Origin: Octopus sinensis
Taxonomy: Eukaryota
Reading direction: 5' to 3'
DNA length: 64,000 nucleotides
NCBI RefSeq assembly: GCF_006345805.1
Contig: NC_042998.1
Span: 177,568,001 to 177,632,000 of the forward strand
Made by a program: the position numbers and the translations under genes. Position 1 is the stretch's first letter, and the number at the start of each line of letters is the position of its first letter. Positions 45,001 to 57,771 of this stretch are shown here, in pieces. Below the pieces are notes generated by a model. It was not told where the DNA came from. It saw only the letters and a list, made by a program, of their open reading frames with translations, and searched no databases.

Positions 45001-48000
45001 CATGCAGTGAGAATGAATCTGCAACCATGCGGCTGGAAAGCAAGCTTCTCACCACACAGCCATGCCTGTGCCTATTTTTTCTGCTTTTGTTTTTTTGGTA
45101 TTTTATTCCTGATATATTTAGTATCTAGTTGCCCCTTATACCAGCCATATCTTTCAAAATTTACAGCATAAAAAAAAAATACAAATTTGAAAATCTATTT
45201 GTAGTTACATTATGTCTGAAACCAAGATAAGCATAGAACACCTTTAACCATAGGACTGCTGGATCAGAGCTGATCTGGGATTAAACATTAACATATCTGT
45301 TGTGAATATATAGTAAGAAGCATTTATTGTGTGACTGTGTGCATTCAAACTCACACACTTGTTTGTAGTACAATAAAAAATTTAATAAAAACTTTTCTAC
45401 ATACACTTCACATCATCTCTTTATTTTTCATCTGCCTATGGTTTTAATATAGTGTTGCTCTCCTCTCCAACTTTTTAATGTACTTCCACTTATCATCTCC
45501 TCCTTCCTGACCCACATCTTTTTTCATTTATCTTACCCCAAACTGAGAATCACTACTGACCACATTGCCACCCATGTTCACCATTCACTGCATTTACCTC
45601 TGTTCTTATCTTAATTGTCTGTCACTCTTTCCACATTTTTACAAACCTACCCACCCAGTCATCCTTAATTCTGTCACTTTTCAAATTTTATCCACTTTCT
45701 TGTACCTTGAGAGTATGCCCTTTTCTTCATCCTTCCTCACTGAGATAGCCATGTATCCCCTCCACAGTGAGACACCTATTCCTGTCTCTATATCATACTT
45801 TAGCTTCTCAACACTTGGCACAAAGCCATCTCCCTCAATACTGTACTCCAGTCAACCAAAGAATCTTGTCTTGTTAATGACCTCACTAGTGCTGGTGCCC
45901 CCCCCCACCACCACCACCACCAAAGCACCTAGTACACTCTGTAAAGCATTTGGTATCAGGAAGGGCATCCAACCATAGAAACTTTGTCAAAGCAGACATT
46001 GGAGCCCAATTCATCCTTCTGACCCATCACAGCCTGCCAGACTATCTGTCCTATGTCTGCATGGAATATGAATGTTAAATGATGGTGATGATTCTACTTG
46101 GTAGAATCTGTTAAATCAGTTTTAGCAGATGTCCTTATCTACTGACTGGAAACTGCAATCAGGCTACAACTTCATTTTTGTGAATTTTTTTTTAACATTT
46201 TGTACCTGGCAAATTTTATGATAGAAAAACAAACAGTACTTCTAAAGTGAAGACAGATATAGCCTACAAAAGTAACACAGTAATATAATATGAGGGTTGC
46301 AAAAGGAGGAAGTGATGTTATATGATATTTAATATGTGGTTGTTATATTAAGTAATCTATCTTCTCTTATTACACTCAGCTTTTTACCATTCAATACAGT
46401 ACATAAAACTAGATAAACAAGTTGCATAAAAGGATGCACATTAGCTACCCTTTGGTGCTTGTATGTCTTACATGGACACATGACAAAACTTGTCAATAAA
46501 CAGTAAAAATAATCTATGTAGAGTCTGCTTTAAGGCAGACACTAGATGTAATTCACTGGCAGAATTGACATTTTAGAAAAACTAAGAAACACAACATATG
46601 AACAGTTTGGTTGTATTTCATAAAATGAAGAGCAAAATGACAATAATACTGTTAACAGAAAGGTCACTTAAGAGTTTATGTTAGCCGATTTTACTAACAT
46701 ACAAACAAATTATCTTCATTGGGATATTAAAAATAAAACAAACAACAAGCTTGTTAAGCTAAATGTTATATTTTCTTGAATAACAAAGTTCACATTTACT
46801 TGGCCAATCATTAACCTCTTATGGACCAAGTTGCTGTTAATGGAAAGAGGATGTCTAAGTAATTATGCCAGTCTAAATGGTGTAATCATGTGACTGACTA
46901 ATCTTGAAATATTGTGAAATACACAAAATTGAGTTGACAACAATATGCACAAACGTGTGTACAATTCAACATATATTGTATGAGATTGTGAAAAAATGTA
47001 GTTCAATAGAGGTGAACCAGATCTACAAGTATTCCAAAAATTATGAAATATAAAAACATTAATAACAACCAAGAAATGAGAAAATATGTAGCCTTGTAAC
47101 ATTTCCTTTCAGTTCAAGTTGAACACTCTAAACTCATTCGAAAGCTTACAAATAATCTGGTCTATGTCTTTCTCCTCTTGAACAATGATGAGAGAAGAAG
47201 GGAACAGAAACTTAACAGAAGAGCAGTGGGGAGTACGATAATTTTGCAAATCATTAAGATTTAAAAATACAAATAATGCAGACTTATTGCATAAATCACA
47301 ACATATAATTTCTTTTGTGTTGAGTTAATGAACTTCTAGGATTTCAGATGGAATGAGAGAAGCAAATACAAAAAGAGAAGTTACATTTTGAGACAGCTAA
47401 AATAATTCCTACAAAATAAATTTCAGGATGTTCTTGTTTTTATCTTTTAACATTTACAGCTTATTCCCGGCCTACTTTGCTCACTGCTATATTCTGTTTA
47501 TGAAAGAACATTTGAAAAATATGAAATGGGCAAACCTAGTCAAAATGAGATTTCAATTAACAGTAATGGATTTCAATTACTTTATGGTAGGGTAAATGAA
47601 AAAAAAGGACCATCAGAAAGTCTGAGATAATTACTGAATGGAATATAAAAAGTGAAATGTCTTTGATCAATGATAAGAACAAAGATGCACTGTCAACTGA
47701 CCAGAGAGAGGAAGGATAGTGTCAATTTAACCGAGGGAGAAAAGCTGTAGTTGTCAGTTCACCGATGGAGACTGACTGCAGTGTTAGTTTTTTCTTTTTT
47801 CATAGTGAGGTCCACAACATAGTGGTGAAAGGATTAGTGGATCTCAATGTGAACATTCTTTTCTTGATCTCTTGAAAGTAACTGAGTAATGAATTGCCTA
47901 GGAGATAGTGAGGGTGTGTGGAGAATAAGTAGTCAAGTACTTGGTTAACACTGACCCTAAAAAGATAAAAGGCAAAGTTGGACTCAGAGCACAGAGAGTT

Positions 48001-51000
48001 GGGACAAACACCAATTTGCTGCCTTAGAGAAACGTTATAATGCCAGTTAAGGCTGTAATGTCAACTGATCTGAGACAGACAAGCTGTAGCGCCAGTTGAC
48101 TTAAAAACAGTTGACCCACATAACAATGAATGCAGTCACCTACATTTTATTGTGATCCGATAAAAAGAGATCTATGAACTTCAAATAATAGAGTCTTTTG
48201 ATCCTTTTGAAACCAAACCGCCTGAAACTGCCCTTGGCTCTGTAGTATAAATAACTTGTTTTCAAAAGTCCTATACTAAAATCTTCCACCAAACCTTAGC
48301 CACAATTTATGTTCCTAACACTAGCTTCATGATAACTAAGTTATTTTACTAAATTCTTTGTTACGTCATCATCATCTTCGTTTAGCGTCCGCTTTCCATG
48401 CTTGCATGGATTGGACAGTTCAACTGGGGTCTGGGAAGCCAGAAGGCTGCACCAGGCCCAGTCTGATCTGGCAATGTTTCTACGGCTGGATGCCCTTCCT
48501 AACGCCAACCACTCCGTGAGTGTAGTGGGTGCTTTTTACGTGCCAGACGAGGCTGGCAAACGGCCACGATCGGATGGTGCTTTTTACGTGCCACTGGCAA
48601 TTTAAAGTTAATCGAAAGAAACAAAGAGTATCTCAACAGAAATATTGTAGCAAAAGGGTTAAACGGGATAGAAAATTCATTCATATATAGCTTTACTAAT
48701 GGTATTTAGATATGCTACAAAGAAAAATGTGCTAGAAATATAGACTAAATTCTTTCCTACAAAGATGATATCAGCTATTGCTGAATAATATATTAACATA
48801 TCTCAATAGGGATAATAATCATTATATATGCAATTACTTTGGTTTTCAAAGGATTTTGAAGTTATGGATAAAGTGATAGAAATAAAAATCTAGGCACATG
48901 TTAGGGATAGGAGTCAAATAATGGTATCAAATGGTTATTGCTATCAAAATTAGTGGATGCAAAAGTTTCAAATGTATAAAAATTATCTGCAATTTAGAAT
49001 CAAAACTCTAGATACTGATATCAAAATTTCTACTCAAGCCACACCACAGTGACTAATTATTACAGAAATCTAAAGAAAAGTGCACTAGCTATAAAGACAT
49101 AGTAGGTGTATGGTCATGACAGTCGTGATAGTGGATGGTGACTGTGCTGGTAGTATTGTATACTGGTACTTAAAGTGAAGATTATACTGAGGTATATGTT
49201 TTATGATAGTGTGTGTGATACACATATTCACAAATGAAGCCATTTATGGTAATCAAAGAAGTTATCAAAATCAGTGTGTCATAAACTTAATTCAGGATTC
49301 ATAACAAACTGTCTGTTTATTAGGATTGAGATCTAGATGATGTTATATACTAAGCTTAATGTAATCAACCAGTTACTGTTAATGAAAGGGCTTCATCAAA
49401 GTTGAAAATGTTGACACTTCAAGAAATAAATGAAAAGTGAATTTAAATGGGTTTTTTTTGGTGTTTTTTAGATGAGTAAATTGGCTCTTTTATCATTTAA
49501 TGACCATATATTTATAATGTTCATCTATACTGTACCTGATTATCTGATATATATATATATATATATATACACATCAGGTAATCAGGTACAGTATAGATGA
49601 ACACACAAAAATTCATTTAAGATAATAGTATATAACAAAATAATGGCAGGTAAGAAATAACAAAATGAAATAAAGCATTGCAAAACCAAGTTTTAAAATA
49701 TATCATGAAGAAATAAATACTGTAATGTAGAAATTTTAAAATACTTCAGTGAAAACATTTCTCACTAGGGGTCTAAATCTGGATAATAAAACAGTAGCAA
49801 CATCAATATCATAACATACAAGTTGTTATTGAGTAGGTATCTGAAGCAATACTAAAAACAGACTATATCACTACGATAAAAAAAAAGGACATAATAAAGT
49901 ATTGGTGATATAAACAAGAAGGAGTACTGAAGAAAGTGTTTGGAAGACGGATATATATACAACACATCTATCATGCAAAAATATCTAGTTTTCACAGACA
50001 ACTATATGGGTGTTCATACTACACTATTAGTATTGCACCCCAGCCTGGAACAGCAAGCATCTTCAAGAACGTTCTAAACTAAATGCTACTGTAGTTATGT
50101 TACTGAGATAAAAAGATGTAAAGACAAATTAGTTTACCAGAAACAATACAAATACACACATACCCACACAGTGATTATAATTTCTAATTATGCATTCTCA
50201 AGGTTGAAAAAAGAGGTAACTTTTAAAGATTGGTTTGATTAATCTTTTGACAACTTAATAAATAGAAACTTAAATTTTCAAGATATAGAGATGTAGTAAG
50301 AAGACAGAATATTTTCTAACTATTCCGCAAAATCCTTTGATAATAAAATCAGTTTCTTTAAGATAGTATATAACTAAATGACAAGTGCATTACTTGTTTG
50401 GCTATATTTTTACAGAGACTAGTGAGACAAAAAACTCAACAAAAAGCTGAATTAAACTTCTTAATGCTATATTTAAAGTCACAGCAATAAAAGATTATTG
50501 TGGCGTGATGTTGCAAACAAAAGTTTAGATAGGGCACTGTTCGTGTCTGCTGTAGGATAGATGGTGTATGATAGGCCAATATGGGTTAGGCAGGCCTAAC
50601 CACAATGACTGCAAGAGAAATTTTGCTCTGGGTTTGGTGCTGCTGTATTATGAATTTTTCTTCATTCTCCTTCTGTCTTTGAAGGAGAAAACAGCAAAAG
50701 ACATGTAGGCAGGCTTCATTGTGAGAGGTTGTACAACAATGGCAATGGTCAATATGACAAGAACCAAGAGATTTCTCTTAGAGAGTAGCAGTACCTATTC
50801 TTTGGTTCTTCCTATGTCATAGTAGTCAGTGGCAACTTAGCCAAACAGTACAATACTGAGTAGGCAATGATCTGCCATCCTGAAAATATGCCCTGACCAA
50901 CAAGGTCCTAATGCTAGTGATGTCTGCCTATTCCACAACTTCAATATTAGTAAAAAAAATGCCAATCTAGATACTGATGTCATGGTAGTACAACTGGATG

Positions 51001-54000
51001 TGATCAAGGAAGCACAAGTACTGACTGTAGGTAGCCCATCATTTGGAGCCATACAGCAAGGTAACTATATATGCCATCTTTGTCTTTCTTCCAGACTCTT
51101 TAGTACAGTTTGCTTAATGAGCTGTTTGCCTTTGTTTGTTGTCGACCTTTCTGTTTATCTTGATATTTGATGAACTGGTGCACCCTACGCAGCTGAACTG
51201 GTAGACTGTCTTCAGCTCTGACTCATCCATAGTGGGGAATATCTGTCTACCTCACTGTGAATTTCTGCCTGGAGAGCATGGTAGTCTTTGCAAAGCATGA
51301 TGTTTTACACTGCAGGGTTCAGTGTGAGAGCAACAAGGGCAGTACTATTGGTGAAGACTAGCTCTTGAATGAGTTTTTCTAGTGTCTTGGAGTAACTGCA
51401 GCTTCAGATTGAATAGACTACCATCAGTGCAGTATCAGATGTAGGAACTGTCTACTTCACCAAAGTTTTCCACAGTCCTTAAGTGCATCATACTGAAGGA
51501 GATGGTGAAGAGAGTCGGCATGAAAATGCCACCTTAATTTAAACATTCCCTGTTGGGAAAGGCTTTGTAAATATACTGTCCTGTCTGACTCGGGCCACAT
51601 TGATCCACATACATACAAGTTGGGTGATCTCTCTCATTCGTATATATGTATGTGTGCATGTGTATATATTGCATATATATAAAATTTCTACCGACAGAAA
51701 TCTTAGCCAATTGGATTATATTTAAAAAGCTTTTTGCATCAGAATTGAGAAGAGTACTAAATATATGTTCTATCTACATTACTAATTGATGTCTCAAATT
51801 ATACATGTTTCAGTAGGTAACTAAGTAGATTGATGAAATGTATATAATGGCAGCCAAGTACATTACTCACACACATATATATGAAGTGTCTTAAAGTGAA
51901 GAAAAGAAATCCCATCATGGGAGTTGGACCACCTTTCTATCACTTGCCAGTATACCACTGATTACACTAAATCAATCTTCCCAATCAAAATAACAAATAC
52001 ATACATCAATATACTGGATAAACAAACAGTCAAATCTCACTGAATACTACATGAGAATCTCAGGCAATTTAGCAGCTACTTAATCACCAGTAGACAAATC
52101 AATCCAACTAGTGTTAAAAAAAAACACAGTTCATATTTTAACTGTGTGTGGGTGTAGTGCTGGTCACTGTGATGAAACACATCCAGTACATTCTGTAAAG
52201 TGGTTTACAAAACAGGAGATAACGCTGAGTAGAGCAGATGCTTTAACTTTGCTGAGGATATAAAAACACATCTAATACTAGTGTTACGATCAACTTGTAA
52301 AGTGGTTTGTGTCAGGAACCCATGAAAACCAAGGTAAAAATGGATTCTATGAGCAAGATGTGGCCTCCAATGTATCTAGGAAAATATATAATAACTCTAA
52401 ATAAGAACTGACTTGGACCATAATGACCTATCTAACTGCAGCCATCATAGAAAATACTGATGATGATAATGATCAACATCATTCTGATTATATTTATCTA
52501 TCTATCCATGCATACACACATTCATATATATTCCTTTTAGGGTGGAAAATGTACCCTTGCATTTTCTGTCAACTGGTGAGCTGGTATTAAGACATTAAGT
52601 GAAGTCAGCTGAAATACTTAGGTGCCTGCATATGTGTGTCAGTTCCACTGTGTGACACCATGGGCAGGTGTTTTCTACTACAACCTTGGGCTGACCAAAG
52701 CCTTGTGAATGGATTTGGTAGATGGAAACTGAAAGAAGCCCGTCATATATATGTATTTGTGTGTCTGTGTTTGTCCACCCCATTATTGCTTGACCACCGA
52801 TGTTGGTGTGTTTATGTTCCCATAACTTAGTGGTTCGGCAACAGGGACTGATAGAATAAGTACTAGGTTTACAAAGAATAAGTTCTGGGGAAGATTTGTT
52901 TGACTAAAGGCGGTGTTCCAGCATGGCTGCAATCAAATGACTAACACAAGTAAAAGAATAAATATACACACACACATATATCAGTTACTTAACAACCAGT
53001 AGATAGGACACTCCAACTAGTGTTAATCCAATCTAGCATTTGAAATGTGACTTCACTGCTGCAAGCCTCCACCATCATTTTAAGTCCACTTTCTGTGCTA
53101 GCATGGGTTAGACAGTTTGACAGGGTCTGACAGGTCAGTGGATACTATCTAGCTCCAATGTGTTAGTTTTATCATGGTTTCTATGGCTGAATGCCAGTTG
53201 CTCTACAGAGTTCATTTTTTTATTTTGTGGTACCAGCACTGGTGAGGTCACCAGCAAGTCTTCACTATGTCAAGAGGAAGAATATATTATGCACTCATCT
53301 TCAATCAGCAGTACACAATCGATGACAATGGTTTATGTATAACATTTTGAACGATTCCTTTTAAAAGCCTTTGCACCTCTTTAAAAGTATATTTAAGTTA
53401 GCTTTGCCTCAATATTATGAGTTTTGATATATGAATGTAGTGTATTCATGGCAAGTAAATCTGAAACAATCCGGGGAGAATTTGAACTTAACACCAATGA
53501 AACACTCATCAGTTAAACAGTTCTACTTCTGCTTCCCACATTAAGTTGTATAATCACTTGGTATGTACATATAGCTACTTATTCATTTATAAGTGTTTTA
53601 GCAAAGTGCACAGCACTGGGAGCAGAAAAGCAAACAAACCTTTCAGCCAGTAAGCTGACATACTACCAAACTGGACACTGATTTTCAAATATGTGTACAC
53701 ACGTCTGCATCTGCATGCACATATGCATGTTTGTGTGCATGAAAGGTGCGTTATAAGTTTCTGATACATTCAAATCTATCTTTTCATTTAATACTAAGTA
53801 GCTAAACTATGATTAAGCTGTGAATATGTTATTTATGGGAGGATGTGTTATGTAAAAATCTCTTAATCAATCTGGGAAGATTAGACAAAATTATAATTAA
53901 ATTTTTTAACAGAAAGTGAAATTCTATACTATTCTCAAAAGGAAATCAAATACAATTTCCATCAAATTCAAAAGTTAATGCAAATGAGCTAATCTAGTTT

Positions 54001-54957
54001 GAAGATGAACTAATTAACCATAACATAAATGAAAAATTGAGACAATATCAATCAAGTGTTAGTAAATGAAACAAAATCTGTCATGCTTAGACCACCAACA
54101 TTGATTATAGCTGAGAAAATATCACTGACTAAAGAAACTAAAGCATAAGTTTATTCATGTTAAAAGTACTGGCAACAGAATGGAAAAATAGACAAGCAAG
54201 CACATAGTCATATTGATGAAATATTGTAATGTAGTAGAGAGGAAAAAAAAACCTGACACACAAGTATATGGATATGATGTTGAGCAACCATGGTGACAGG
54301 CAAGAGAATAATGTGAGGAGGATATTAAAAATAAATGATATTAATGATGAGAATGATAATAGCATATAAAAGGAAAGCAGGCAAGAATGAAAATATGAAT
54401 TTATATACAGATAGGGCATAACATAAAGAGAAAAAAAATAAAACATCAGCATGCTTGAAAGGAAATAATTTTATACGTACACATACATACACATAGACGG
54501 ATAGATGGATGGACATATAGACAGACAGACTGACAATTTATGAGCAGATAGCAATGGCAAAGACATGGTTGCAACCACTGGGTGTCCATGCCAAATTTTG
54601 AAACTCACCTGTACTTTGCTTTTAGTGGAATCATTATAGACCTTCTCTTCAAACTGTACAAATGGAGAAAAGCAGAAGGGCAAGCCCCAATTCAGAAAGG
54701 ACACACATTTAGAGATGATATCTTACACAGCCACTGCATACCTGCTATCTTTTGACATAGAGATGTAAACACATATGATTGCAGTGAATGGAAATGGCAG
54801 AGAAAGAAGAAAAGCAGTTGCAAATCAAGGAGCAGAGCAGACATAATGATAAATAATCTTCCTAAGTAAGTTGTAAGTTGTTGATTACATAAATAAATAA
54901 AGGTTTATGTTGCTTTCATGTCAACAGTCCCCTTAAAAGTATATGAGATTAATATAT

Positions 54958-54998
<41 letters not shown>

Positions 54999-57736
54999 GA
55001 AATGAGGTACTGCGAAATCCGGATGGGTTTATATTTACATTCATTCATTAGTATGTTACATGTTTTTATACATCATATATCATATATTAGCGCTTTCGTC
55101 CATTCTAGTGGAGTCTTCAAATTGTGTTCAATTTGAAGACTCCACATTTTAAAACAATGATGAAATACTCTGCCTAAAGACATTCATTTAATTAACACAA
55201 GACATTTGTTGTAAGTGAAGAGGTATATTAATTCTACATTTAGCACTAGTATATCACTGGATCTTATGAACCCTGGAGAAATAAAAAAGCAAATTTAATT
55301 CTGTGCAAGACTTAAACTTGGATTCAAGAAGGGGTACTGAGACATATTGTAAAGTATTAGGTTGACTCTGACAACTGTACCATAACAATCTCTTGGTTTA
55401 CATAATGACAAAAAGGTTTACTATGCTTTGGCATAAAACTCCCAAATCTGGTGCAAGGGTGGTAGCCAATATAATTAAACCCAAAATTCAACTCAGCCAT
55501 AAATATTTTACTAACCTAGATGGATGAAAGAAAATCCAACACCAGTGAGATATGAATTCAGGATGTAGAAAGATAAATCCACAAGATGTTTTATTTACAG
55601 ACTTCCAATTCAGCCATCCTACCCTGATATTAGCTAATTTCTGTATATCGTTTCCCATAATGAATTCTTCACTTTTCAATTTTTTCACAATAAATAAATT
55701 ATGAAGACACTGAGATGGCTTTTTTTTATAATTTAACAAAATATGGAATATTTAACTAGCTTTTCCAGAACATTTAAACATTTATGGTAAAATAAATTAT
55801 TGAAATAAATAGAAAAAAATATGGTTAATTTTCATGATATTAGATCAAAAACATTCAGAAGAAATTTTAATTTTGTTGAGGCATATTCTCTGGAGTATAT
55901 TCATAAACTAGATATTTCATTTGATATAACTGAAACAACCCCGATGACTACCTCAAGAGAAGTAAAGTGAAGATGCTCCTTTCATTTGGTTTCAAAGATG
56001 ATAGTTCATGCTTTTGTTATATGCAAGCATATGAAAGGCCAAAATTAATTTAAATTCATATATAAATAAACAAGGCAATTATTTTGAAAATACATTCATA
56101 ATTAGTATATGACAATGATGAAGCAGTATTTTGATAATGTTATTGGTGAGAACATTTTTGCTTCTTTTTGTCTCATATTTCAAAATAAAAACTAAACACA
56201 ACTATTTCTAGAAATACTAAGTAAAGAAAAATGTATAGTGAAAACATATGGTTACATGAAACACACAAAGGTGATATTTCTATGATGTATAGACATTTTA
56301 ACTTTTGCCAACAGTGGCAGTTTAATAAATTTCTTGATAACAAATTATGATTAAGTGAAAAATGGTAAAAGTTGAGATCTTTTACACACATTACATTGTT
56401 ATAATGAATATCATACTATGTTCTAAGTGTCCAAAAGTGTCCATTTTTTAAATAAACATTTTAAAATGGCCTCAGCTTTATTCATAAAAGCTTTATCAAC
56501 ATTGTCCATGACTACCAAGAAAATGGTACAGGCATGAATTTATATTTAATTCTTTATTGCCCTAAAGGGGCTAAACATAGAGGGGACAAACAAGGACAGG
56601 CAAAGAGACTGAGTTGATTACATCAACCCCAGTGCATAACAGGTACTTATTTAATCGACCCCAAAAGGATGAAAGGTAAAGTTGACGTCCATGGAATTTG
56701 AACTCAGAACGTAGCGGCCGATGAAATACCGCTAAGCATTTTGCTTGGTGTGCTAATGATTCTGCCAGCTCACTGCATGAATTTATATTACCGTCATCAA
56801 CATCATCATCATTAAATTTATTTATAAATTCAAGCTGTGTGTTCTCAACAGCATCATATTGCAATGGTGTGACATCTGAGATCTTAAGAAGTTTATATTC
56901 AAGATGATCAAATAATAAAATGCCACCTGCACCCACTGCCATAAGGTGATGCTAATGGAATGTCAAAGATCAAAATCTATTTAATTATAGGACTTATATA
57001 CATTATGAAGTAACCAAAGATGAGAGTATAAAATGAAAGTTTCCAAACAGGATAGACATTTTGGAGCTGTAAAAGTCAGATGAAAGTAGCTGGTAGCTTC
57101 ATTTTATTCCATGCTATTTTATATTCTACATGAAACAAACCATAGTTATTATATGAAGAATTCATATATAATTTATAAGATTACTGCTCATATATTCCTT
57201 CTACAAAGAAACTAGTAAATTAGTATCATAAATTGGTTGGGTTTTCAAAATGACACAAAAAGTAAGCTATTTGATAGAAATGTAAGAATTTTATATTGTA
57301 AAATGACTCAAACTTAATTTATAATCCACTTTCAGTAAAGGTCTATATTTGTATATTTTCATGATTTCCTTAGCCATTAAAGAAAAAGTAAAGTGTGTTG
57401 TCTTTTTAACTTAAGTAAAACTAGAACTGAAGAGAAAGTAGTGAATGGTTAGCAACTGACTGAAGGGCCTAGTCGCAATTAAGGTTATTAATTATGTGCC
57501 TATGCAAACTTTCCACTTAACAACTGTGTTAATGTTCACTTTTTTGTCTTTTAGTGTTTTATTGTTTACTGTGCATGTACTTTCATTGATATCTTTTTTT
57601 TCTTGACATATTTCTGCATCTGCCCCCCTTTTAACCTTTTCTGATGAGTTGTAGTGCAACTGGGCACTGTATACAATAAGCTCATTATTATTTATATTCA
57701 CCTCTCCCAAAACACTTTTAGTATTAATAGGTTGTC

Positions 57737-57771
<35 letters not shown>

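Noticed and set aside
46206-46263. AG...GT bounded segment in the large intron
   Set aside because: 58 nt, in-frame stop and weak donor
57641-57670. CTGATGA followed by a GTTG/CAAC stem
   Set aside because: The required GAAA is absent (TGGG follows), so it is not a hammerhead
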